Part shown: positions 17,009-24,952 of the stretch, piece by piece
How positions within the stretch are numbered: position 1 is the stretch's first letter
Layout of the letters: each line of letters opens with the position of its first letter
Assembly (NCBI GenBank): GCA_964463155.1
Contig: CAYXAY010000002.1
Span: 8,004-40,003, forward strand
Reading direction: 5' to 3'
From: an uncultured archaeon
GTDB taxonomy: Archaea > Iainarchaeota > Iainarchaeia > Iainarchaeales > CSSED10-239
Length of the DNA: 32,000 nt
Program-made: the position numbers and the translations under genes
Notes under the pieces: generated by a model
Databases searched by the model: none
What the model was told of the DNA's origin: nothing
What the model saw: only the letters and a program-made list of their open reading frames with translations

Positions 17009-17374
17009 TTAAGCTAAAGATATAATTTCTTTAATTGTAACAACAGCTGCTCCTTTTGCTGGAAAACCGTTGTTTTCTTTTAAGGTTTTAGCTTTCTTTA
17101 GCCATTTACCTGAAGAAAAGTAATTTGCTATGCCTTTTAATTGATGACCCTTGTCAAATTTAGAATCAGTTACTACCAGCGTACAAATTGGGTTTATCAA
17201 AATATTCTTTTTTGTTTTATTTATATAGTTGTCAGTAATTAAAATCTGGTTTTTAGAAACAACCTTGACACCAGAAAAATATACCGCATTTGGCTTGTTG
17301 TTTTTGTCTATGGTTGCAAAAGCAATATTGTTTCTTTCAATTATTGTTTTTAATTTAGATATGTCAACCATCAT
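17009..17374 (-). CDS. Pyridoxamine 5'-phosphate oxidase-like, FMN-binding split-barrel family protein
   Basis: NIAFATIDKNNKPNAVYFSGVKVVSKNQILITDNY fits the PNPOx-like/general stress protein 26 pattern. It is the last gene of the aglB operon. The ATG at 17374 is preferred over the GTG at 17380. Confidence 0.5.
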   Translation of the reverse strand: MMVDISKLKTIIERNNIAFATIDKNNKPNAVYFSGVKVVSKNQILITDNYINKTKKNILINPICTLVVTDSKFDKGHQLKGIANYFSSGKWLKKAKTLKENNGFPAKGAAVVTIKEIISLA

Positions 17375-17380
17375 TAACAC

Positions 17381-18409
17381 CTACAAAAACAAAATAAAAC
17401 CAATAACACAGAAAAGAATTTCTACAAGAAGTATACCACAGGTTACTTGCTTTTCTGTGAATCTTTTTTTCCACAGCGTAGGAAGCCACATCATGATGTG
17501 TGTCCAAGAAAAAATGTGTTTGTACGGCATTTTTAGTGTTCCATCTTCCTGAAGATTACCAAGACTTCTTACTTTTAATTTTCCTCTAAGTTTCAGAAGT
17601 ATTTCTATTGCCCAAGGAATAAAAATAAACAAAGCAAAGCTCTCAATGTTGCCAATTATTGCAATACTTGCAAAGGTTGCACCAAAAAGATAAGTTAATG
17701 AATCTCCTGGTAAAATCTTTGCTGGATACCAATTGTTTAGAAAATAAGGAATAACTGCAAAAAGAGCAACAAAAGAAATAATTGTGGCCTCTGTTCTTCC
17801 ATTAACTATTGCAAAAATACCTAACGCAAGCATAACAATTACCATTAATCCCCCCTCTACTCCATTAACACCAGCAAGCATGTTTGTTGAGTTTGTGAAT
17901 ACTACAAACAATACAGGAACAATAATTAAAGCATACAACATTCCAAAATGAATTGTTCCCAAAAACGGAATTGCCATTGTTGAGTCTCCGGCCATTATAG
18001 CAACCAAAGGAATTGCTGCCAGGATTGTTAAAAGTGGTTTTAACCATTGTGGGAGACCAACCCTTATTTCTAAATCTCCATAAATGTTTTTTACTGGCTC
18101 TTTACTAATATTAAGATCATCAAAGAAACCAATTAATGTTGCTATCAAAATTGATAAGGTTGTTGTAATAATTATTGTTGTATTAACTTGAAAATAAAAA
18201 GCAGATAACAAAATCAGAAACATAATTCCAATCAAAAAACCAAAGAAAACCGGAACACCTCCGGATTGTGGGAGAGTTGGTTTTTCTTTCTTTTGTTGGT
18301 CAACAGCAATTATCCCTCTTGTAACAAAGAATTTTTTAAATTGAGTAATTATAAAAAAAGAGAAGAAAAAAGAAATTAGACAACTAAATATAAATATTAC
18401 ATAATTCAT
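17381..18409 (-). CDS. Glycosyltransferase family 4 polyprenyl-phosphate sugar-1-phosphate transferase (AglH/WecA/MraY-like)
   Basis: IGFFDDLN, NSTNMLAGVNGVEGG and ILPGDSLTYLFG are signature motifs of the MraY/WecA/Alg7 superfamily. The protein has about 10 TM segments. Confidence 0.8.
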   Translation of the reverse strand: MNYVIFIFSCLISFFFSFFIITQFKKFFVTRGIIAVDQQKKEKPTLPQSGGVPVFFGFLIGIMFLILLSAFYFQVNTTIIITTTLSILIATLIGFFDDLNISKEPVKNIYGDLEIRVGLPQWLKPLLTILAAIPLVAIMAGDSTMAIPFLGTIHFGMLYALIIVPVLFVVFTNSTNMLAGVNGVEGGLMVIVMLALGIFAIVNGRTEATIISFVALFAVIPYFLNNWYPAKILPGDSLTYLFGATFASIAIIGNIESFALFIFIPWAIEILLKLRGKLKVRSLGNLQEDGTLKMPYKHIFSWTHIMMWLPTLWKKRFTEKQVTCGILLVEILFCVIGFILFL

Positions 18410-18421
18410 TTATTTTTCACA

Positions 18422-20389
18422 TTAATTTAATTTGTCTTTATTTACTTTGTAAACTCTTACATCTCCTGAAGAATATGCTAAATCAACTATTGGCTCTAAT
18501 GTCTTGTCCTTAAACCATATTCTTGTAAATATGGTTTTGTTTGTTGCTGCGTTAAACAAATATATTTTAGAATTGTCCTTTTCCTTATAAAGATAAACCG
18601 GAATGCCATTCATCACTTGGTCAGGGGTTGTGTGATATTCTGTTTTTATTTTGTTAAGCTCTGACTCTGGAAAAGAATTTCCTTGGCAGTTATAGCTTAC
18701 GGCACCTGTTATTGGTGTTACTTGCTTGTAACAGTTCATAGAGATTCCATAATATTTTGTTATCCTTGGATCAGAAAAGTTTGTTGTCCAATAGCCATAG
18801 ATTGCAAATGAGCCCATTCTTGTAAGATATGAAGACTCTACCATTATATAGTCTGAATCGTATTTTTTTAATATTTGTTTTGATTGGTTAATGTCTTCAG
18901 AAATCATAAACAACCCAAAATCACTTGTTGCTTTTGCATCAGAGTTGGTATTGTCGGTGCTTATTTTTCTTTCTGAGAAATATGCTATCCAATGTCCTTG
19001 ATCCCACCAATTGAATATCTTGGCATCAGTTGGAGTATTATCATAAACCCAAAACATTGCGTTTTGCCAATTCTTTTCCTCGTGGATTGGAGGGACCTTG
19101 CTCATTACAAAGAAAGTTCCAGCAGCAATTGCTCCAATCAAGAAAATTGCAGAAATTATTACAAATGTTCTTTTAAGATTAATAGATTTGTATTCAATAT
19201 TTTCTGTAGCCCAGAAAAACAAGAAACCAAAACCAGCAGCAATTGGAAGACCAAGAGTGTAAGTAAACTTTAGCTTTGTCCATGCCATAAATCCTGTAAT
19301 TAATATCCAGTAAAAGATTATCAAAACAAAGTAATCAATGTTATTATGCTTCTGCTCCTCATGGTCCTTTTCTTTGTTTTTGTATTTGCCAAAAATGAAA
19401 TAAAATGGTATTACAAGTAAAGCTAAAAATGGAATAACCACCAAAAGACTATACTTTTCAAGGAAGAACTGTTTACCGGTGTTTTCTTCACCAACTGTTG
19501 CTCCAATAACATCTTGTTCTTCAACAAGAGTTTTATTCACTCTTCCAATATTATCTTCTGAAACTGGGAGATAGTTTGTAATATATTCTGAAGTTCTGTT
19601 GATCCAACCCGTGCCATTATAAATTGTTGTCGAAATTGAAAATAATAAAAAACAAAATAAAAATACTTTTGAAAAAGCAAGTATTTCTTTTTTGTGTATC
19701 TTCTTTAGCCACATATAAATTAACATAGTAAAGAAATACGCTAACAAAACCAAAGGAATTAATAAAAACATATTCCAAGTTATTGCCATGAGCCAAAAGA
19801 AAAAAGCACCAATTATTGAATAAATTATCCAGTTAAGAAGTTTGTGCCTATTTTTTATTGCAATCACAAAGAAAATAAAACCTAAGACTAACCATAAGAA
19901 TCCTAAAGAATCCTCTTCAAAGAATCCTCCCATTGTTCTATAGACAAAAGCAGGAACTGTTGCTGCCATTACTCCCATAGCAACTCCTGTTTTTGTGTTG
20001 TACATTTCTCTACCTAAGAAAAACATAAACATTGCAATTAGTGCTCCAAATATTGCAGGAAGCCATCTTGCATAATCCATTAATAGCCATTTATCATAAG
20101 CTGCACCAAAAGTAGTAAGTTTATACACGCCAGCCGTAAACTGCCACAAAAATTGTGGCCAAATATCATAAGTAGTTCCCCCTTGTTGATAAAATCCTAA
20201 TGGGTCATTTGTTGGCAGATTGCCTTGAACAATATAACTTGTTGCTCGAAGATGCCAGTAAGGGTCAAACTCAAACATGTATTCATATCTTAGAATATGT
20301 GCTCTAATCCCAAGACCCAAAACAAAAATCAAAACCGCAATTAGAATGACCCCCCAATATTTGGAAAAAAAATGTTTAATCTTATTCAT
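18422..20389 (-). CDS. aglB: Oligosaccharyltransferase AglB (STT3 homolog)
   Basis: The first-loop acidic motif is FEFDPYWHLR. The catalytic WWDYG-type motif appears as NWWDQGHWIAY. A multi-TM N-terminal domain is followed by a soluble C-terminal domain. Confidence 0.85.
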   Translation of the reverse strand: MNKIKHFFSKYWGVILIAVLIFVLGLGIRAHILRYEYMFEFDPYWHLRATSYIVQGNLPTNDPLGFYQQGGTTYDIWPQFLWQFTAGVYKLTTFGAAYDKWLLMDYARWLPAIFGALIAMFMFFLGREMYNTKTGVAMGVMAATVPAFVYRTMGGFFEEDSLGFLWLVLGFIFFVIAIKNRHKLLNWIIYSIIGAFFFWLMAITWNMFLLIPLVLLAYFFTMLIYMWLKKIHKKEILAFSKVFLFCFLLFSISTTIYNGTGWINRTSEYITNYLPVSEDNIGRVNKTLVEEQDVIGATVGEENTGKQFFLEKYSLLVVIPFLALLVIPFYFIFGKYKNKEKDHEEQKHNNIDYFVLIIFYWILITGFMAWTKLKFTYTLGLPIAAGFGFLFFWATENIEYKSINLKRTFVIISAIFLIGAIAAGTFFVMSKVPPIHEEKNWQNAMFWVYDNTPTDAKIFNWWDQGHWIAYFSERKISTDNTNSDAKATSDFGLFMISEDINQSKQILKKYDSDYIMVESSYLTRMGSFAIYGYWTTNFSDPRITKYYGISMNCYKQVTPITGAVSYNCQGNSFPESELNKIKTEYHTTPDQVMNGIPVYLYKEKDNSKIYLFNAATNKTIFTRIWFKDKTLEPIVDLAYSSGDVRVYKVNKDKLN

Positions 20390-20522
20390 TGAAAGTCAAC
20401 TCTTATTTAAAAAATCTGTATAAATAATAAGAGCCATTATGTTTTTAAAAGAAATATATTTTAGAAAAAAATTAGAACTATAGAAAGAAAAGAAAAAAAT
20501 CTTAATAGAATAAGCATTAAAA

Positions 20523-20638
20523 GTTAGCAACTAACTTGCTGCTCCAAGAATGAACTTAGTGCAAACAATGTCGGAGATGAACTTTACTTCTGGGTTCGGA
20601 AAGGGTCCAGGTGTTTCTCCATCCCTATGGTCGCTAAC
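20523..20638 (-). rRNA. 5S ribosomal RNA (stand-alone gene)
   Basis: The reverse complement reads GTTAGCGACCATAGGGATGGAGAAACACCTGGACCCTTTCCGAACCCAGAAGTAAAGTTCATCTCCGAC...GTTGCTAAC. It contains the conserved 5S core CCGAACCC-GAAGT-AAG. The termini pair as helix I (GTTAGC/GCTAAC) and GGAGA/TCTCC pairs as helix II. The ends are accurate to about 3 nt. Confidence 0.85.
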
Positions 20639-20660
20639 AAATAATTTATGGGCATAAAGG

Positions 20661-20669
20661 TTTTTAAAA
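20661..20669 (-). promoter_or_regulatory. TATA-like box for the 5S rRNA gene
   Basis: The minus strand reads TTTTAAAAA, 23-31 nt upstream of the inferred 5S 5' end. It lies in the 39-nt gap after the tbp stop. Confidence 0.4.
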
Positions 20670-20677
20670 TGTTCGCT

Positions 20678-21220
20678 TTACTTCTCTTTTGTGCCAGCTA
20701 GAACCTTCTTTAGCTTGTTTAGCCCTTTTATTATGTCTTCTTCTGATTTAGCACCTGCACAGATTAGTTTTCCGTTTTTGAAAAGAAGCATTGTTAGTTT
20801 TGGATTGAATAGTCTAACAATTGCACCAGGAAACTGCTCTGGTTCGTATTCAATGTTATCAAGTGTTACTGCCGCGTTAAAAAGGTCAATTTGTTTGTTA
20901 AGGTATGATGTTGCAACTAGATTAACAATTTTGTAGCTTATTCTTTCTTTTAAAACAACTCCTTTTTGTACTTCGCCAATAATTTTTGTGGCTTTTTTTA
21001 TTGCGGTCTTAATATCTTTCTCTGATGATGCTCCTGATATTATTATGTTTCCATTCTTGAAAAGAAGCAAAGAAACTCTTGGTTCGTCCATCTTAAGTAT
21101 TGCACCAGGAAACTGCTCTGGTTCGTACTCTACTTCTGGTATTGCTGTAGCTAGATTATAAAGATCAAGACCAGCACCTAAAGAACTTGAAGCAACTAGA
21201 TTAACAATTTTATATTCCAT
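20678..21220 (-). CDS. tbp: TATA-box binding protein
   Basis: Two direct repeats each contain YKIVNLVA...EYEPEQFPGAI...LLFKNG. The 180-aa length is typical of archaeal TBP. A GGAG SD lies 8 nt upstream. Confidence 0.93.
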   Translation of the reverse strand: MEYKIVNLVASSSLGAGLDLYNLATAIPEVEYEPEQFPGAILKMDEPRVSLLLFKNGNIIISGASSEKDIKTAIKKATKIIGEVQKGVVLKERISYKIVNLVATSYLNKQIDLFNAAVTLDNIEYEPEQFPGAIVRLFNPKLTMLLFKNGKLICAGAKSEEDIIKGLNKLKKVLAGTKEK

Positions 21221-21452
21221 TTTTAATCTCCTTTTAATTTTACAAAAAGCAAATATTTATATATAATATTAATATACCCAAGCATTTATAAACAAATTTT
21301 TTAAATAATATTATTAACTACCCGTGGTTGTTTTGTTTGTTTTGCTAACTTTTATTAAACGGAAAGTTTGCGATTCCTTGTAAATATCAACACAATATAT
21401 AAGCCTTTTGTCTCAATAATTATATATAAACTAAATTAAAGGAAATGATAAA

Positions 21453-21767
21453 ATGGCAAACAAAAAAGCAAAAGGTAAAAGATCTTTGACAAGAAGAAGA
21501 TATAAAAGAAATGTAAGAGACAAGACAACAGTTAATCAAATGATTAAACCAATAGTTATTGATGATGTTGTTCAAGTTAACGCAAACAGTTCTATTCATT
21601 CAGGGCTTCCACACAGAAGAGCAGACGGGATTACTGGTAAAGTCGTTGGCTTTCAAGGAAACTGCCCTATTGTTCAGTTAAAGGATGGAAACAAGACAAA
21701 GAAGATAATAACACACAGGGTTCATCTTAAGATTATCAAGCAGATTGCAAAAGGTGAAAAGAAATGA
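21453..21767 (+). CDS. rpl21e: 50S ribosomal protein L21e
   Basis: KGKRSLTRRRYKR, SSIHSGLPHRRADGITGKVVG and HRVHLK match the eL21 pattern. Confidence 0.88.
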   Translation: MANKKAKGKRSLTRRRYKRNVRDKTTVNQMIKPIVIDDVVQVNANSSIHSGLPHRRADGITGKVVGFQGNCPIVQLKDGNKTKKIITHRVHLKIIKQIAKGEKK

Positions 21768-22096
21768 TAAACAACCCACCATCTGTTGATGACTTAAGTC
21801 TTTCTGAAGTTAAAAAAATATTAACAGAGAAAGGAAAAGACAAAGAGCTTAACTATGAGCAGAAGATGGCGTTAGAACATGCTAAGCAATTTGCAAAATT
21901 AACTCCAGTAAAGGCAGAAAAACTAAAAAAAGAATTGCTAGAACTTGAGTTACCAAACGAAGTGGCTACAAAGATCGTTGATATCTTGCCAAACGCTGTT
22001 GAGCTTGACTTGATTGCTGAAAAAAACAAATCAATTGATGAAAGTAACAAAGAAAAGATATTGACATTAGTTAGTAAATATAAAAAAGAAGAATAA
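21764..22096 (+). CDS. rpoF: DNA-directed RNA polymerase subunit Rpo4 (RpoF)
   Basis: It has an ATGA overlap with rpl21e. The size (110 aa) and helical HRDC-like text (EQKMALEHAKQFAKL...KAEKLKKELLEL...ATKIVDILP) fit Rpo4. The gene order rpl21e-rpoF-DUF655-ksgA is conserved in archaea. Confidence 0.65.
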   Translation: MINNPPSVDDLSLSEVKKILTEKGKDKELNYEQKMALEHAKQFAKLTPVKAEKLKKELLELELPNEVATKIVDILPNAVELDLIAEKNKSIDESNKEKILTLVSKYKKEE

Positions 22097-22101
22097 AAAC
22101 C

Positions 22102-22632
22102 ATGATGGAAATAAAAAAAGAAGCAATTGTTCTTGACAGAGCAACAAAAGAAATACAATTTAAACAAACACCTATTATTCAGTGTATAGGTATTTCTAAC
22201 TTTTCATTATTGGAATTGTATAGTGATGACACCCCAAAGCTTCAAGAAGTAATAAGTACAGAAGATAAGCCCGTTAAAAGAATAACTTACGACAAGCTTA
22301 CAACTATAGCAAAAAAAGAACTAGAAAAGGCAGTTGAGACTATTATTAATAACAACCAGGAAAGATTTGTTTCTTTCTTTAATAATGCTAGACCAATCAA
22401 TGCTAGAAGACATCAATTGGATCTTTTACCAATGATTGGAAAAAAACACAGAATGGCTTTAATGGAATATCTAGAAAAGAACGGACCAATAAAGACACTT
22501 GATGAACTAAAGCATGTTGAGCTGTTCCCTGACCCTATAAAAGTCATAGTCAATAGAGTGTTGATTGAAATAGATAACAAAAAAGATGAGAAATTTTTCT
22601 TGTTTACTGTTCCAATAATTAAAAAATTCTAA
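22102..22632 (+). CDS. DUF655-family putative RNA/nucleotide-binding protein
   Basis: FFNNARPINARRHQLDLLPMIGKKHRMALMEYLEKNGPIKTLDEL matches the helix-hairpin-helix part of DUF655. It lies in the conserved position between rpoF and ksgA. Confidence 0.7.
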   Translation: MMEIKKEAIVLDRATKEIQFKQTPIIQCIGISNFSLLELYSDDTPKLQEVISTEDKPVKRITYDKLTTIAKKELEKAVETIINNNQERFVSFFNNARPINARRHQLDLLPMIGKKHRMALMEYLEKNGPIKTLDELKHVELFPDPIKVIVNRVLIEIDNKKDEKFFLFTVPIIKKF

Positions 22633-22643
22633 TTTTTTTAAAT

Positions 22644-23450
22644 ATGATTAAAGATCTTTATTCACAAATGTTAAAATACAATTTCAAGCCTAGCCATAAG
22701 CTAGACCAAAACTTCATTATTGATGATAATACTATTAAAAAAGTAATTGAGCTTCTAGACATTAAGAAAACCGAAATTATCCTAGAAGTTGGACCAGGCA
22801 CCGGCTTTCTAACTAAGCATCTTCTTGAAAAAGCAAAGGGCGTTGTCGCCATAGAAAAAGACAAAAAGATGTTTGATATTTTAAAGCAAGAGTTTAATGA
22901 AGAAATAGAAAATAGAAAACTTGTTCTCGTTAATGAGGATTTTTTAAAAATCAATCTTGAAGATTATAAGTTTACAAAAATTGCGACATTTTTGCCATAC
23001 TCTATATCTTTGGAGTTTACAGAAAAAATACTTTCCTGCAATCTCCTTGTTGTTGAGGTTGTTCAAAAGGAGTTTGCAGAAAAGCTGTCTTCAATTCCAG
23101 GTTTTATAAATTATAATGCAATTACTGCTTTAACCCAAAGCTATTATGAGGTAGAAATTAAAGGCAAGGTATCAAAGAAATGTTTCTTTCCAGTTCCTGC
23201 AATTGATTCTTCAATTGTCATGTTAAAACCAAAAAAGAAAGGCTTTGATAAAAGATACAATGACTTTGTTAAAGGTCTTTTTAGATATCCAAACAAAGAT
23301 GTAAGTAATGCACTTATTCTTTTCTCAAGAGATCTAAAAGACAAAAACGTCTCTGACAAGGCAAAATCCCTTCTAGAAAAAATAACAAAAAAAAAGATAA
23401 GACAACTTGAAATAGAAGAAATAGAAAAGATATATTCTGTGATTTATTGA
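22644..23450 (+). CDS. rsmA: 16S rRNA (adenine-N6,N6)-dimethyltransferase RsmA/KsgA/Dim1
   Basis: LDQNFIID is present, the SAM motif I is ILEVGPGTGFLT, followed by VVAIEKDKKM, and the size is right. Confidence 0.88.
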   Translation: MIKDLYSQMLKYNFKPSHKLDQNFIIDDNTIKKVIELLDIKKTEIILEVGPGTGFLTKHLLEKAKGVVAIEKDKKMFDILKQEFNEEIENRKLVLVNEDFLKINLEDYKFTKIATFLPYSISLEFTEKILSCNLLVVEVVQKEFAEKLSSIPGFINYNAITALTQSYYEVEIKGKVSKKCFFPVPAIDSSIVMLKPKKKGFDKRYNDFVKGLFRYPNKDVSNALILFSRDLKDKNVSDKAKSLLEKITKKKIRQLEIEEIEKIYSVIY

Positions 23451-24041
23451 TTATTTCTTCCAAACGATGTGTCCGTTTATGTTATTCTTTTCATAAACTT
23501 TTAAAACATCTTCACAAAATTTTAATGGTTCTTTATCTTTGTTGTGTTTTGCTAATTCATAAAGTTTTATAAACATCTTTTTGCCGGTTTCTGTTTGTTT
23601 ATAATATTTTTTCTGGAAATTGTGTTGGGCGCATAATGTTTGGCCATTAATTACTTCTGCTTTGCCACCTAATTCTTTGGGTTTTATATGATCTGCTTGT
23701 ATTTCTATACCTTCTGCAGGACCACGCCCACAAATAACACAACGATATTCATCTTTCTTAAATATCTCTGCTTTTTGAGCAGGAGTAAAATCTTCTAATT
23801 CTCTGTTATTAATAAATTCTGGATCAAATTTATAAATCCCTTTTGAGATTTTTATTAATTGCCCTTCTTGAGATAATTTTCGTATTGCTCTATCGGGATC
23901 TCTAAATACTTTGCCTGTTCTTTTTTTATATTCTTTAGTAACCCAATCAACAATTTCTGGATGTTTAATGTCGCGTTTTGGATTTTTCTTAAAGTACTCC
24001 ATAATTAAATCAAATTGAGAAACTTCTTTTTTTTCAGACAT
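23451..24041 (-). CDS. HNH (beta-beta-alpha-Me) endonuclease; likely restriction component of a type II R-M pair
   Basis: CVICG...IQADHIKPKELGG...NGQTLCAQHN gives the CxxC...DH...N...CxxH HNH/zinc pattern. The N-terminal ~90 aa look like a winged helix (RDPDRAIRKLSQEGQLIKISKGIYKF). It starts 8 nt downstream of the methyltransferase stop. Confidence 0.75.
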   Translation of the reverse strand: MSEKKEVSQFDLIMEYFKKNPKRDIKHPEIVDWVTKEYKKRTGKVFRDPDRAIRKLSQEGQLIKISKGIYKFDPEFINNRELEDFTPAQKAEIFKKDEYRCVICGRGPAEGIEIQADHIKPKELGGKAEVINGQTLCAQHNFQKKYYKQTETGKKMFIKLYELAKHNKDKEPLKFCEDVLKVYEKNNINGHIVWKK

Positions 24042-24049
24042 AAGCTATC

Positions 24050-24841
24050 CTATTTGTTTTTTAATTTTAATATAATGTTGGTTTCATTTAATATTCTATT
24101 CTTTGCTAATTCGCAATATTCATTATCTACATCAATCCCTATCGCTTTTCTGTTATTTTGTTTTGCAGCAATTAATGTAGTTCCACTACCCATAAACGGG
24201 TCTAACACCACATCATCAACATAGCTAAATAATTTTATACATCTTCTGGGCAATTCCACAGGGAATGGCGCAGGATGTCCTATCTTTTTTTTACTTTCAC
24301 CATTAAATGTCCATAATCCATTTGTCCATTGTATAAATTCTTCTTTGGTTATATTAGATTCTTTTTTATCTAATTTTTTCCATTGTTTTTTATATAAAAC
24401 AATAATTAATTCAACAGGCGCAATAACATAGGGCGCAGATGCACTAAGCCAAGAACCCCACGCCGTTCTTCTAGATATATTTCCTTCATTCCAAATTATT
24501 GTTGAATGATAATTAAAACCTATATTCTTTGCAATTGTTGTCAGATCCGCACCAACACTTTGCTGTCCACCTTTATTTTTATCTAACGGAATATTCAAAC
24601 ATAATCTCCCATCATCTTTAAGCCAATTAAAACAACGAAATAACCATTTTTGACTAAATTCTTTATATTGTTCATATGAAATTTGATCATCATGAGAATT
24701 GTATTTAATATCTAGATTATATGGGGGAGATGTTACAATTAAATCTATACTATTATTTGAAATTTTTTTGGTGGATAGGATATCTTCACAAATTATTTTA
24801 AGATCTTTATTTTCAAAAATTAGATTATTTACCATATACAT
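24050..24841 (-). CDS. DNA methyltransferase, N4/N6 beta class (motif IV precedes motif I)
   Basis: Motif IV is DLIVTSPPYNL near the N-terminus. Motif I is VLDPFMGSGTTLIAA near the C-terminus. HPAPFPVELPRRCI is typical of the PF01555 family. SPPY rather than DPPY leans towards an m4C specificity, but this is not decisive. Confidence 0.85.
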   Translation of the reverse strand: MYMVNNLIFENKDLKIICEDILSTKKISNNSIDLIVTSPPYNLDIKYNSHDDQISYEQYKEFSQKWLFRCFNWLKDDGRLCLNIPLDKNKGGQQSVGADLTTIAKNIGFNYHSTIIWNEGNISRRTAWGSWLSASAPYVIAPVELIIVLYKKQWKKLDKKESNITKEEFIQWTNGLWTFNGESKKKIGHPAPFPVELPRRCIKLFSYVDDVVLDPFMGSGTTLIAAKQNNRKAIGIDVDNEYCELAKNRILNETNIILKLKNK

Positions 24842-24952
24842 ATTCTGTCCTTAATAATTTATTAATATAACTTTTATTGTATATTTTTAAATATATTCTA
24901 ATTTCTAGTATTTAAAGACTTTGGGCGTTGGTGTCCAGTGCGAAAATTAGAT

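Noticed and set aside
21221-21452. A long (232-nt) AT-rich spacer between tbp and rpl21e, considered as a replication origin or ncRNA locus.
   Set aside because: I found no ORB-like inverted or direct repeats and no adjacent orc1/cdc6 gene. There is only a simple (tgtt)n-like run. Two divergent promoters with TATA boxes and SD sites account for most of the spacer.
24918-24945. A locally GC-rich patch (ctttgggcgttggtgtccagtgcg) between the AMP phosphorylase and the methyltransferase. I considered it as a tRNA fragment or att site flanking the R-M module, or as a terminator hairpin.
   Set aside because: It has no cloverleaf-compatible pairing and no T-arm consensus. I found no matching repeat at the other R-M boundary (about 23440-23460), and only a trivial 3-bp stem. 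The evidence is insufficient.
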